NCBI GenBank assembly: GCA_035297365.1
Contig: DATGZA010000014.1
Span: 32,001-96,000, forward strand
Length of the DNA: 64,000 nucleotides
Reading direction: 5' to 3'
DNA from: Nitrososphaeraceae archaeon
Lineage (GTDB): Archaea; Thermoproteota; Nitrososphaeria; Nitrososphaerales; Nitrososphaeraceae
Both the position numbers and the translations under genes were made by a program. Position 1 is the stretch's first letter. Each line of letters opens with the position of its first letter. The notes below the pieces were generated by a model. That model was not told the DNA's origin, made no database searches, and was given only the letters and a program-made list of their open reading frames with translations. Of the stretch, positions 9,618-20,030 are shown piece after piece.

Positions 9618-11003
9618 TTAACCTTGAGTAAGAATTCTTTCCATTATATCTAATCCCTCATTTAATACAGTTTCTGGTTGACATGCGGATATTCGTATAA
9701 AGTGCTTATAAAAGCTACCAAATCCACTTCCGGGAGCAATAGCAACTCCGTTTTCTAATAATTTTTCTACCAAAGCCATATCGGATTTATAGACATCTGA
9801 GAGAATTTTGGGATATACGTACATTGCACCATCAGGATATACAAATTCCGTCCTCATTTTTCTTATTCGTTTGGTGATCAAATCGATACGGGATTTAACT
9901 AAATCTACATTATCTTGGATACTGCTTTCTAAAGCGCTCAACGCACAATATTGCATTGGTTCTGCCACCGAAGTAATAGAAGTAGCTTGTACTCCACTCA
10001 TCTTTCTAATTATTTCTTTATCAGATATCGCGTATCCCACTCTGAATCCAGTCATACCAAAAGTTTTGGAAAAAGATGAGATTGTTATTTTTTTGCTACA
10101 TTCATACTCTAACAGACTAGTAAAATCTATGAAAGAATAAGCCGAATAGACTTCGTCACTAAGTAAAAATAAGTTATAATCTTTTGAAATAGATACAATC
10201 TTGTCAAGAATGTGTTTTGGAAGTATTTTTCCCGTTGGATTGTTCGGATAATTTAATATTATCATTTTTGTGTTAGCATTAAGCAGATTTTCAAGTTTTG
10301 AAACATTTGGAATCCATTTATCTTCTAATGATGTTTTTAATGATCTTATTTTTACCCCAATAAAGTCTGCACATTCTTTATACGCAGGCCAAGATGGTTC
10401 AATATTTATCAATTCGTCGCCTGGTTTTAAAAGAGAAGTAATAGCGCAAAATACTGCAAATCTACCACCAGGAGTAACCAATACTTGTTCAGAATTCGTA
10501 CCAAATCCTATTCTTTCTGCTATCGCATTTCGAAGTCTTGGTATTCCAGAAATTTCTGTATAATGATATTTTTTATCATCATATATTTTTAATAGTTCGT
10601 TTCTCACGGATAACGGAGGAGCATAATCAGGTTCGCCTACTTCCAAATGGAAAATATTCTGACCAAGATTTTCCATTTCCTTAGCTTTCATGAAAACTGC
10701 CATATGTGGAGATATTTTGTGACTATCAGATTTGCGATTTTGAACTTTCACTGACTCTAGTAATAGAATATTCAATAACTTACCGGAAAATTCTAAATCC
10801 ATCCCAAGTTCTTTAGCAAGTTTAATTATTGATTCCTTTATATCATTCTCTACTTGTTCATCTTCCACATCAATAGAGAGCTCTTGTTTTACATTACCAA
10901 TTCTTTTTGCAATCTCCATTCTATTATGAACTAATCTAATTATTTCGTTAGTAACTTCCTTAATTTGATTCCGCAAATCACTTAGTTCTTCTGAATTACT
11001 CAT
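9618..11003 (-). CDS. chorismate mutase (AroQ) - class I/II aminotransferase fusion
   Basis: N-terminal LRNQI...RMEIAKRIGNVK AroQ domain; VGEPDY, NYPNNPTG, SDEVY, SFSKTFGMTGFRVG PLP motifs. Confidence 0.9.
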   Translation of the reverse strand: MSNSEELSDLRNQIKEVTNEIIRLVHNRMEIAKRIGNVKQELSIDVEDEQVENDIKESIIKLAKELGMDLEFSGKLLNILLLESVKVQNRKSDSHKISPHMAVFMKAKEMENLGQNIFHLEVGEPDYAPPLSVRNELLKIYDDKKYHYTEISGIPRLRNAIAERIGFGTNSEQVLVTPGGRFAVFCAITSLLKPGDELINIEPSWPAYKECADFIGVKIRSLKTSLEDKWIPNVSKLENLLNANTKMIILNYPNNPTGKILPKHILDKIVSISKDYNLFLLSDEVYSAYSFIDFTSLLEYECSKKITISSFSKTFGMTGFRVGYAISDKEIIRKMSGVQATSITSVAEPMQYCALSALESSIQDNVDLVKSRIDLITKRIRKMRTEFVYPDGAMYVYPKILSDVYKSDMALVEKLLENGVAIAPGSGFGSFYKHFIRISACQPETVLNEGLDIMERILTQG

Positions 11004-12107
11004 TTAAACACCTCGTAACACGTTTGGAATAAATCCACATTTAATACCATGATCTCCCAATGTAAGTGATACTATACTCTCAACAACAGGTGGAGCTCTC
11101 GGAACAACACAAGGATCGTGTCTTCCCGGTACCTGCAAATCCACAAGAGATTTTGTAGCAAAATCAAATGTTTTCTGTATCTTTGCTATAGAAGCTGCAG
11201 GCTTAAATCCTATCCTTATAATTAATGGCATTCCAGTAGATAAACCTCCCAAAATACCTCCAGAATTGTTAGTGAGGGTGATTATTTTACCTTTCTCGCT
11301 AACGAATAAATCATTATTTTCTGAACCTAATTTTCTAGTCGCTCCGAAACCAGAGCCAAATTCGACTGCCTTAACAGCAGGTATACTGAATAACGCTTTG
11401 CTTAAATCAGATTCCAACGACGAAAAGACTGGTTCTCCCAGACCCACAGGGATACTCGTGCTAACACATTCTATAATCCCCCCAATTGAATTTCCTGATT
11501 GTCTTGAAGTAAGAATAGCTTGTTTCATTTTTTCGGCTGTTTTCTGATCTGGACAACGAACTTCATTCGTATATCTATTCTTTTTAGCCAATTCAAAAGA
11601 AACGTCAGGAGATTTTATACCACCTATTTCAATAGTATAAGCTATGGTTTCTATTCCTAAAGTTTTTTTTAGCAATTTTTTAGCTATAGCCCCTGCCATA
11701 ACATAACTGGCGGTAAGTCTTCCTGAAAATCTTCCACTCCCCCTATAGTCACCATACCCCCCGTATTTTACCATAGCAGGAAAATCCGAATGACCTGGTC
11801 TCGGTATATTTTTTATTATATCATAAGGACGAGAATCGGAATCCTTATTCCAAATAATCATACATACAGGAGCACCGGTAGTATACCCATTAAAAGTTCC
11901 TGAAAGAATCTCTACTTTGTCATCTTCTTTTCTCTGAGTTGTGATTGCTGATTGTCCAGGCTTTCTTAGATCTAGATCTGGCTGGATATCAGATTCAGAT
12001 AATTCTAGTCCTGCAGGACATCCATCGAGTATCGCTCCGACACATTTTCCATGACTCTCACCAAAACTAGTAACAACAAGTCTTTCTCCTAGACTATTTC
12101 CTACCAT
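11004..12107 (-). CDS. aroC: chorismate synthase
   Basis: FGESHG, PRPGHSD, GRFSGRLT, NNSGGILGG, GRHDPC. Confidence 0.97.
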   Translation of the reverse strand: MVGNSLGERLVVTSFGESHGKCVGAILDGCPAGLELSESDIQPDLDLRKPGQSAITTQRKEDDKVEILSGTFNGYTTGAPVCMIIWNKDSDSRPYDIIKNIPRPGHSDFPAMVKYGGYGDYRGSGRFSGRLTASYVMAGAIAKKLLKKTLGIETIAYTIEIGGIKSPDVSFELAKKNRYTNEVRCPDQKTAEKMKQAILTSRQSGNSIGGIIECVSTSIPVGLGEPVFSSLESDLSKALFSIPAVKAVEFGSGFGATRKLGSENNDLFVSEKGKIITLTNNSGGILGGLSTGMPLIIRIGFKPAASIAKIQKTFDFATKSLVDLQVPGRHDPCVVPRAPPVVESIVSLTLGDHGIKCGFIPNVLRGV

Positions 12108-12199
12108 GATATCAAATCATAAATTACTAAACACCTTATATAATGACTTTTAATAGATTGAAATCCGGATTTGAATCGTGACTGGATAATTATGAATAA

Positions 12200-13498
12200 T
12201 CAATCAAGGGTATTCACATTGGCTCCTAACTTTTTTAACTCGCTAATGAAAGAAGGATAGGACACATCAACAGATTCAGCGTCTGTTACGATAGATTTTT
12301 CGGTAAGAAGAGAGGCAATGGTAAACGCCATGAATAACCTATGATCATTATGAGAATCGAGTTTAGCATTTTTTATTTTTTTTGTGGGTTGAATTGTTAT
12401 TTCAGTCTGTTTTTCAGAGACATTTACTCCCAACTTTCTTAATTCAGAAACAATGTTAGATACTCTATCTGTCTCTTTTAATCTAGCGTGAGATATACCA
12501 TATATCCTCATACGTGATTTTGCTTTTAGAGAAAGGATAGAAACAACCGGCAAGAGATCCGGTGTGTTTGTTAAATCATATTCGATTCCATCCAATTCAT
12601 TTGAACCACAGACCACCAAGTTTCCCTTTTCTTTATCTACTATAATATTTCCACCCATTTTATCAACTACATCAATAATTTTTTCATCGCCCTGAGTCAA
12701 TCCAAAATTTAAACCCTGAATGATAATTTTTTTTCCACACAATATTCCTGCCGCGATTAGAAGGGATGCTGAAGAAAAATCTCCAGGTACTGTAAAACTA
12801 GTACTTCTGTAATTACTTTTGGGTATTATATATTTTGAATAGCTAGAGTCATATTCTATTTTAACTCCAAATTTTCTCATTGTTTCTATAGTTGAGTCAA
12901 TATAAGGGGCAGAGACCTGTTTGCCCTCAATTTTTAACGTTACTTCGGATTTAGCATAAATACATGAAATTAATAATGAGGAGATAAATTGACTAGAAAT
13001 TTTACCATTGACAATTACAGTCCCTCCCTGTATGCCTCCACCTTTGATGACTAGAGGCGGAGTTCCGAGATTATTAGTTGCAAAACATTCAACTCCAAGT
13101 TGATTCAAGGCAGAAATTAATGGTCTCATAGGTCTTTTTCTTAGGCTCTCATCTCCCGTTAATACTGTATAGCCATTTTTTACTAGCGCACACATAGAAG
13201 CTAATATTCTAATAGTTGTTCCTGAATTTTCTGTATTGATTACATCCTTTGGTACTTCGAATTCATGTCGTCCACGAATAGATATTGAATCAATTTTGTC
13301 GGACTGTTCAATTTCCACTCCAAGCATTTTGCAACCATGAATAGTTGCTAGTGTATCTCTACTTACTAAAGGATTTTTTATAACAGATTTGTTATCTGTT
13401 AATGAAGCTATCGCAATGGCTCTATGAGTATAACTTTTACTAGATGGGCATTTTATTTTACCATTAAGAATTGATCTTTCTATTTTAATATTAACCAA
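12200..13498 (-). CDS. aroA: 3-phosphoshikimate 1-carboxyvinyltransferase (EPSP synthase)
   Basis: SKSYTHR, NSGTTIR, SSQFISSL, RLKETDR, DHRL. Confidence 0.97.
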   Translation of the reverse strand: MVNIKIERSILNGKIKCPSSKSYTHRAIAIASLTDNKSVIKNPLVSRDTLATIHGCKMLGVEIEQSDKIDSISIRGRHEFEVPKDVINTENSGTTIRILASMCALVKNGYTVLTGDESLRKRPMRPLISALNQLGVECFATNNLGTPPLVIKGGGIQGGTVIVNGKISSQFISSLLISCIYAKSEVTLKIEGKQVSAPYIDSTIETMRKFGVKIEYDSSYSKYIIPKSNYRSTSFTVPGDFSSASLLIAAGILCGKKIIIQGLNFGLTQGDEKIIDVVDKMGGNIIVDKEKGNLVVCGSNELDGIEYDLTNTPDLLPVVSILSLKAKSRMRIYGISHARLKETDRVSNIVSELRKLGVNVSEKQTEITIQPTKKIKNAKLDSHNDHRLFMAFTIASLLTEKSIVTDAESVDVSYPSFISELKKLGANVNTLD

Positions 13499-14345
13499 AT
13501 ATTTTTTCTACCGTTGCTTTTCTATTATTAACTTTACAAATGAAAGTTCTTCCATATCTTTCTAGATTGACTTTCACATTATCAATATTTTTTTCTTTAA
13601 CAATGACGGCGACAGAGGGACCATTCCCTGAAATAGAAGCAGATAAAGCCCCACTTTCAATAGATGTAATTATCGGTTCATAATCATATGACATGATTGA
13701 GGATACTAATGCTCCATTTAACTTCATTGCTGTCCAATAGTCAAGTTGCTCTGCTAACTCAAATGCTTTGTTGAAAAGATCTGGGAAAGATTTTAATTTT
13801 AAAATATTTTTTCTGTAAGTGTTATTTGGAATCAATATAATAACTGAAAGTTCCTCCGGACCATTTTCCCTACGTATTAAAGTATTAGAATAATTATCAG
13901 TCAAAACAATCCCTCCAAAGTAACAAGCAGTAGAATCATCGAAAGCCCCGGTCATTGTTACCTTCGCCAAACGACATGACTCAATAGCGGTATTTAGTAT
14001 ATTAAGATCATTTAACTCATCATTTAAAAGTCCATAACACGCTAAGGATACTGCGGAAGAAACAGCACTAGAACTTTTAAGACCGAATCCTATAGGTATT
14101 TCAGAATAAATTGACAAGTGTATATCATTGTCTTTTCTAATTTGTTTTGGTATTACTTTATCAATAATGTAAGTAAAAAGGTCGTTATTTCTTCTCTGGA
14201 ATATTATTTTTCCTTCTCCTTTCATCAAACTAATTTTTGCAGTAGTTTTGAGGGAAATTCCTAAAGCCGAACCTTTTCCCGTTGCGACCGCATTTACGAT
14301 GGAAACTGCGCCGTGAACTGTGGCCTGACAAGATAAAGGAATCAA
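13491..14345 (-). CDS. aroK: archaeal GHMP-family shikimate kinase
   Basis: GAVSIVNA, PIGFGLKSSSA, TGAFDD, SGNGPS; start moved to TTG at 14345 (TTGA overlap with aroE stop) from the ORF-track 14414. Confidence 0.92.
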   Translation of the reverse strand: MIPLSCQATVHGAVSIVNAVATGKGSALGISLKTTAKISLMKGEGKIIFQRRNNDLFTYIIDKVIPKQIRKDNDIHLSIYSEIPIGFGLKSSSAVSSAVSLACYGLLNDELNDLNILNTAIESCRLAKVTMTGAFDDSTACYFGGIVLTDNYSNTLIRRENGPEELSVIILIPNNTYRKNILKLKSFPDLFNKAFELAEQLDYWTAMKLNGALVSSIMSYDYEPIITSIESGALSASISGNGPSVAVIVKEKNIDNVKVNLERYGRTFICKVNNRKATVEKIFG

Positions 14346-15187
14346 AGTGGTTCTCCAAAAACTCCTAGTAAGGATTTTTTCATGACATCCAGGGGAGCAT
14401 CTAAACCAGTCCATATCTTAAATGCTTGGGCGCCTTGTTCCAAGAGCATTTCATAGCCATATATTACAGTCGCACCGGCTTTTCTTGCATTTTTTATTAA
14501 ACTAGTGTAAATAGGGCTGTAAACGATGTCATAAACAATGGTATTTTTACCAATATATTTTGAAGAGACAGGACTTTCCTCATAATTTAATCCCAAGGAC
14601 GTAGCATTAATTATAAGATTAGAACCAGATGTTACATTTTGTAAGCTATTAAGTTCCTGAAAATTACAATTCAACCCCAATTTAGAAGCATGTTTTAAAA
14701 GTTTTAAGGCATTTATTTTTGAGCGGTTAATAACAGTCACCTTCAATATACCACTTTCTCGTGACAAAGCTGTAATGATGGCATAGGCTGCTCCCCCTGC
14801 TCCCAAGATTAACACTTTCATACCATTAAATTTGATATTACGGTTATGAAGAGGTCTTACAAAACCGTATACATCTGTGTTGTATCCTATGAATTTACCA
14901 TGAGTATTTTTAACTGTGTTTACAGCACCAGATTGAGAGGAGGATTCATCCAGCTCATCCATGTATTTTATTATATCAATTTTATGTGGAATTGTGACAT
15001 TAAATCCAGATATATCAATTGATCTTAAAGATTCGACAGCGCTTTTTAATTCAAATTTGGGAACTCGATAAGAGATATAGGAACTATTGATCCCAAGCGC
15101 TTTAAAGGCTGAATTATGCATAATAGGAGATAGAGAGTGATCAATTGGATCACCTATTACACAATACATTTTAAATTTAGAGGACAT
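14342..15187 (-). CDS. aroE: shikimate dehydrogenase
   Basis: GDPIDHSLSPIMHN, NVTIPHK, NTD, GAGGAA; ATG at 15187 preferred over 15217. Confidence 0.95.
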   Translation of the reverse strand: MSSKFKMYCVIGDPIDHSLSPIMHNSAFKALGINSSYISYRVPKFELKSAVESLRSIDISGFNVTIPHKIDIIKYMDELDESSSQSGAVNTVKNTHGKFIGYNTDVYGFVRPLHNRNIKFNGMKVLILGAGGAAYAIITALSRESGILKVTVINRSKINALKLLKHASKLGLNCNFQELNSLQNVTSGSNLIINATSLGLNYEESPVSSKYIGKNTIVYDIVYSPIYTSLIKNARKAGATVIYGYEMLLEQGAQAFKIWTGLDAPLDVMKKSLLGVFGEPL

Positions 15188-15872
15188 GACATGAGAAATG
15201 TCTTTCGATCCTTTCATAAATTTGTCGCATCTCTTTTACTGAAAGTTGACCAGGGGCTATGGGTTTTTGCAATGAAGCATAAGAAAAAGGAGAATTTCCT
15301 ACCAATGTGCATAAAATTCGAGATATTATTCCCAAATCACCCATTGCAAAGGAAATTAATTTGATATCAGGATATTTATTATAAAGATCCAATAAACGAA
15401 GTGCATCACGTGCGCTCTTGGCCATTGTTACAAGCTTGAGAATGTTACTATACGATTTCATTTTTTCAATTTTTGCTTCAAGTTCAGAGTCAGGAGGTGT
15501 GCATTCAAAATTGTGCCATGACACCAACAAACTACTTGAATTATTATGTAAATAATCGTAAAGAGATGGATTGCTATCCAATGTAGAAATCTCAACATCT
15601 ATAAATAAAGGATGAGAATCAGAAAGAAACTTCAATAGATCAATTCTTTCCTTTTCGTTACCAGAAAATTTTCCTTGTTCTGCATTTGAACGAATGGTAA
15701 ATACCGATTTGGATTTAAAAGGATAAACTATTTTTATAGCTTTCGCAATTTCTGATTTATCTAAAAAATCAAAACGGATTTCAAAAAAATCAGCCAAGTA
15801 TAATGCTTTTTCAAGAAGATGTTTTAATTGCTGTAACGAAGTTGCTGCTATAGAAACACATATTTTTGTCAA
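15177..15872 (-). CDS. aroD: type I 3-dehydroquinate dehydratase
   Basis: EIRFD, SWHNF, FAMGxxGxISR, APGQ. Confidence 0.93.
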   Translation of the reverse strand: MTKICVSIAATSLQQLKHLLEKALYLADFFEIRFDFLDKSEIAKAIKIVYPFKSKSVFTIRSNAEQGKFSGNEKERIDLLKFLSDSHPLFIDVEISTLDSNPSLYDYLHNNSSSLLVSWHNFECTPPDSELEAKIEKMKSYSNILKLVTMAKSARDALRLLDLYNKYPDIKLISFAMGDLGIISRILCTLVGNSPFSYASLQKPIAPGQLSVKEMRQIYERIERHFSCHVL

Positions 15873-16055
15873 CGATGATTTTCAATCATATTTCTTATTT
15901 AGAGATTTACAAGTTTTTGAAAATATTTCACTTTATCCAAGAAAGAATATTGCTAGAGACAGTAAAACCAATGATTTCGTTCAAATATGTTGGATTATTA
16001 GAATCGGAAAACTAAAAAAATTGGCTTTTGGGATTCACAAATAATATAAATAAAA

Positions 16056-16946
16056 TTATATGCTATGGTGTGAACGAACCTTTTTCCAGTTGGCTATCAA
16101 TGCTTCTGATCTAATATGTATAGGTTCACTCAAGCGTGAGCGAGCTAACTTTACGTAGTCATTTATAATATCTACTCCAATAAAGTGACGTTGTAGATGA
16201 AAGGCTATTTTTGTGGTCTGACCGCTTCCGTTAAATGGATCCAAAATTAGATCCCCTTCATAAGAATATAATTTCATGAGCCTATAGGGAATTTCTTCTG
16301 GAAAAGGACATGGGTGGTCTATATATCCTGGGGGGATAGGTGCGATATGCCATACAGAATTAGCTATCTCCTTTGTCCATTCTTCATGAGTTGCAGGTAG
16401 AGTTTCCTTCCTTTCTGTTCTTCCACTATTCACGTTACCCTTACGAAGGACTAAAATAAATTCATGCATTATGTTTGCCCTATAATATTTTGGATAAGGA
16501 TTGATTACAAACGATCCATAACGGTTAGTACCTCCAGTAACTTTATGCCAAATAATTTCTTCATGGAGATTCCACTTACCAAATGGCTCAACTAGCTGGG
16601 ACAAAACCATATGAGGAAGGGCTAACAGAGTACCATTTACTACTTCATTAGCTATTACTATACAACAATAACCACCTTCTTTAGTGGCATTGAAAATTTT
16701 ATCATTAAAAAGAGATATCATTTCATTTAGATATTCTTGAGTATCTATGTTGCTTTTTCCTCTATAGTATGAACCATTTTTTGAAACATGGGCGTTATAA
16801 TCTATGGCATTCCTATACGGTGGCGAAGTAATAGTTAATTGTACTGAATTACAAGGAAGTTTAGATATAATTTCCTTACAATCTCCTGATAAAATTTTAT
16901 CGACATAATTCTTAATGCGCATAATAAAAAATGTAATTACCCTCAA
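16056..16946 (-). CDS. beta-class N4-cytosine/N6-adenine DNA methyltransferase (solitary)
   Basis: Motif IV TSPPY near the N-terminus, HPCPFP, motif I DPFNGSGQT near the C-terminus. Confidence 0.92.
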   Translation of the reverse strand: MRVITFFIMRIKNYVDKILSGDCKEIISKLPCNSVQLTITSPPYRNAIDYNAHVSKNGSYYRGKSNIDTQEYLNEMISLFNDKIFNATKEGGYCCIVIANEVVNGTLLALPHMVLSQLVEPFGKWNLHEEIIWHKVTGGTNRYGSFVINPYPKYYRANIMHEFILVLRKGNVNSGRTERKETLPATHEEWTKEIANSVWHIAPIPPGYIDHPCPFPEEIPYRLMKLYSYEGDLILDPFNGSGQTTKIAFHLQRHFIGVDIINDYVKLARSRLSEPIHIRSEALIANWKKVRSHHSI

Positions 16947-17087
16947 TATTCAGAATACTTTAAAATTATCGACCAGAAGATTAATAATTTTTATCTTTAA
17001 ATCCAGTTGTACTTATATTATAAATGAAATGATTAGTATTATCATCACTATTCAATAAAAAGATAATTTTGTTAAACAATAAATAAA

Positions 17088-18158
17088 CTACTTTTCTAAA
17101 ATGAATTCACCCACTTCCATGCCGAAATGCCTACCAGTTGCTTGTTTTAAGATACCCAATACTTTGTCACCTTTCTTAATAGAAGTAACTGGAAGCAGAT
17201 CTCCATTTTCACGTATAAATTGAATAGTTTCTGCATTTTGTACAATAACATTACCTTCTATACCATCAGCAATAGCTTTAATTAATTTTAATGGTCTTGT
17301 TTCTATTTTACATCTACCCACAGATACTACCCTCGAATTACCTTCTCTATTAACTATAAGAATTTCCGTGCCCGATTCTAATTCAGAGAGATATTTAGTT
17401 GTGCCGTTTGGAAGAGCCGTATAACAATAGACTGCGCCGGCATTTACTCTGAAAGGTCGTGGTGATGTAAATGATGATCCCGAGGATTCATTATGTAATA
17501 GGAACATAAAGTTTGACTTACTACCAACTAACATTCCTTCTCCCTTTTCTAGTATAGAAACAGTATCGACACAAACCCTCTCTCCAACTCCAACATCCTT
17601 AACTTCAATGATTTCACATGACTTCATAATGACGTTCTTCTTTTCCAGGTATCTTTTAGATTCCTTTATTTCCTCCAAATTTCCAGTTGAGAGTATAACC
17701 CCATCTACCCCCAATTCCAATACAGAAAACATTGTCCTTACTTCATCAGAATTTTTTGCCATAGTGATTATCTTGGTGTTTGTATTTTGAAGATTTGCTA
17801 TAATATTTTCTAATGGAATTATCTTCCAATCAGCTGTGTCAATAATAACATAATTCGCACCCAATGATTCTGCAGTCTGAATATCTACAATATCATTATT
17901 GGAAAGAACTTTCTTATAGTATGCTAGAAATTTACCTGACTCTTTATTCTTTTGCAAGAGAGCATGCGTTTGACATATTATAACATCAGCAGCATTGGAT
18001 TCATAAATCGTCTTAAAATTTTGACTTCGATTTAATAATGGATCGATATAGAATAAGTTTATACCATTCATACTAATTATAGCATCTAGGAACTTCTTAA
18101 GATCTGAATCATTTACTGTAGGTTTGATAATCAGTTCTTTACCTTTTGTTTTTTCCAA
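17088..18158 (-). CDS. 3-dehydroquinate synthase II (archaeal AroB')
   Basis: WKIIPLEN, GERVCVDT, PFRVNAG, QNAETI, RHFG. Confidence 0.95.
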   Translation of the reverse strand: MEKTKGKELIIKPTVNDSDLKKFLDAIISMNGINLFYIDPLLNRSQNFKTIYESNAADVIICQTHALLQKNKESGKFLAYYKKVLSNNDIVDIQTAESLGANYVIIDTADWKIIPLENIIANLQNTNTKIITMAKNSDEVRTMFSVLELGVDGVILSTGNLEEIKESKRYLEKKNVIMKSCEIIEVKDVGVGERVCVDTVSILEKGEGMLVGSKSNFMFLLHNESSGSSFTSPRPFRVNAGAVYCYTALPNGTTKYLSELESGTEILIVNREGNSRVVSVGRCKIETRPLKLIKAIADGIEGNVIVQNAETIQFIRENGDLLPVTSIKKGDKVLGILKQATGRHFGMEVGEFILEK

Positions 18159-18948
18159 GATTTCTTAATACCTCTGTAGGATTTTTCTCTTTAATAATAA
18201 TTTCATATAATGCTCTAACTATTGATGGGGGATCTCTGTGCTGAAAAATATTTCTGCCAAAAGTTACACCCATTGCACCTGCTTTAATTGCACTTGAACA
18301 CATTTCAAGAATGTCTAAATCAGTTTTTGCTTTTGGACCACCAGCAATCACCACAGGTACTGGACAACTTTTTATGACAGATTTAAATGAATCGAGGTCT
18401 CCTGTGTATACGGACTTGACTATATCAGCGCCTGCTTCTGCTCCTATTCTAGTAACGTGAGCAACGACGTTTGGATCATAAGGGTTTTTTACGTTTTCAC
18501 CTCTTGGGTACATCATAGCTAACAATGGAACACTCCACAATTGGCACTCATCTGAAATCATTCCAAGGATTTCCAGCATTTCTGGTTCCTCCTTTGCACC
18601 TATGTTTATATGAATAGAGACCGCATCAGAACCTAAACGTATCGCCTCTTCAACACTTCCCATCAAAACTTTCTTATTTGGATAGGGACCTAAAGAAGTA
18701 CTAGCTGAAAGATGGGTAATTAAACCGATATTTACAGGTCTTGCCATGGATTTGAGGATTCCTTTATTAATAATTACTGAAGTCAATCCAGAATTCTCAC
18801 ATTGGTAAATCATACGATGAGCATCTTCCAAACCCTTTATGGGGCCATCAGTTATTCCATGATCCATAGGAATACATAACATTTTTCCATCTTTTGTAAT
18901 TCGGTTTATGCGAATGTCTCTTCCAGAGACCATAGGATTGAAGGACAT
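18139..18948 (-). CDS. 2-amino-3,7-dideoxy-D-threo-hept-6-ulosonate synthase (AroA', DhnA-type aldolase)
   Basis: PMDHG, MMYPRG, GADIVK, AGGPK, GRNIFQ; adjacent to DHQ synthase II. Confidence 0.92.
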   Translation of the reverse strand: MSFNPMVSGRDIRINRITKDGKMLCIPMDHGITDGPIKGLEDAHRMIYQCENSGLTSVIINKGILKSMARPVNIGLITHLSASTSLGPYPNKKVLMGSVEEAIRLGSDAVSIHINIGAKEEPEMLEILGMISDECQLWSVPLLAMMYPRGENVKNPYDPNVVAHVTRIGAEAGADIVKSVYTGDLDSFKSVIKSCPVPVVIAGGPKAKTDLDILEMCSSAIKAGAMGVTFGRNIFQHRDPPSIVRALYEIIIKEKNPTEVLRNLGKNKR

Positions 18949-19044
18949 AATTGAGCTACTTAAAGTAATCTACTAATTTCTTAAATTAGAAAATCTTCAA
19001 CATTAAGTATCTTTTAATATATTATAAAATAATTTAATGAACCT

Positions 19045-19827
19045 TTATTTTAAGAAACAGATTTTTGGTAGATTTCTCTTATGATGTGTTTTTGAAATTA
19101 AATTCTGAATAAATAACAAATCCTCAATATTGAATCCTATTCCTGGTGGAAGATCATGATTATACTTGTTTCTAGATATGTCCATCATGTTTTCTTTTTC
19201 AAGGAATTTCAAAATCTTATCCATTTTAGAATATTTCATTCCAATCTCTTCCTCTGCTAACTGACCTTGCCACAAAGAGGGACTACTTTTTTTATTTAGA
19301 ATAGAAGAAGGGATATTTAAATATCTTCCCAATTCACGCACTTCAGTTTTATAAAGATCGCCTAATGGAAATATATCAGCTGCACCGTCACCAAACTTAG
19401 TAAAATATCCTATCCCTAGCTCACTTTTATCAGCGGGACCGATTACTAGTAAGTTATTCAGATTTGCATAATAATAAATTATATTCATACGAATTCGTGC
19501 GGTTAGATTTCCAATCGATAGTTGATTTTCTGGTAAAAGTTTAATATAATTTTGTTTGAGATCATTTATATCTATTAAATGGTAACGTATATTTAGTATT
19601 CTTGATATAGATAAAGCATCCTCAATATCTTTTTGAGATGTAACATCTGTATCCGGAATAATTAAGCCTAGAATATCTTTAGTGTCTATTGATCTAGCCG
19701 CTAAATAAACAGCAACACTGGAATCAATTCCGCCACTTAATCCTAAAACAATGCCCTTAGTATCGGAGCTTTTTACTTCTTCTTTTATAAATTGAGAAAT
19801 TCTAATAACAATATCTTCAAAGTCCAA
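19045..19827 (-). CDS. nadE: NH3-dependent NAD+ synthetase
   Basis: GLSGGIDS, NLTARIRM, GYFTKFGDG, LYKTEV. Confidence 0.95.
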   Translation of the reverse strand: MDFEDIVIRISQFIKEEVKSSDTKGIVLGLSGGIDSSVAVYLAARSIDTKDILGLIIPDTDVTSQKDIEDALSISRILNIRYHLIDINDLKQNYIKLLPENQLSIGNLTARIRMNIIYYYANLNNLLVIGPADKSELGIGYFTKFGDGAADIFPLGDLYKTEVRELGRYLNIPSSILNKKSSPSLWQGQLAEEEIGMKYSKMDKILKFLEKENMMDISRNKYNHDLPPGIGFNIEDLLFIQNLISKTHHKRNLPKICFLK

Positions 19828-20030
19828 CGTATTGAAATAGGAATAATGACGTGATTATTAAATAGATCTAATTTTACATAAATCTGTTTAAATGTAATAA
19901 AAAGAATTCTCTAACCAGAAATAAAGTATAATCAAACTCTCAGTAAGGTGAAATTAATAATTGAACTTCTTATCAATCGAAGGTAAAGATAAAAAATTTT
20001 AATTAGTGATAGAAAATAAGTATAATACCA

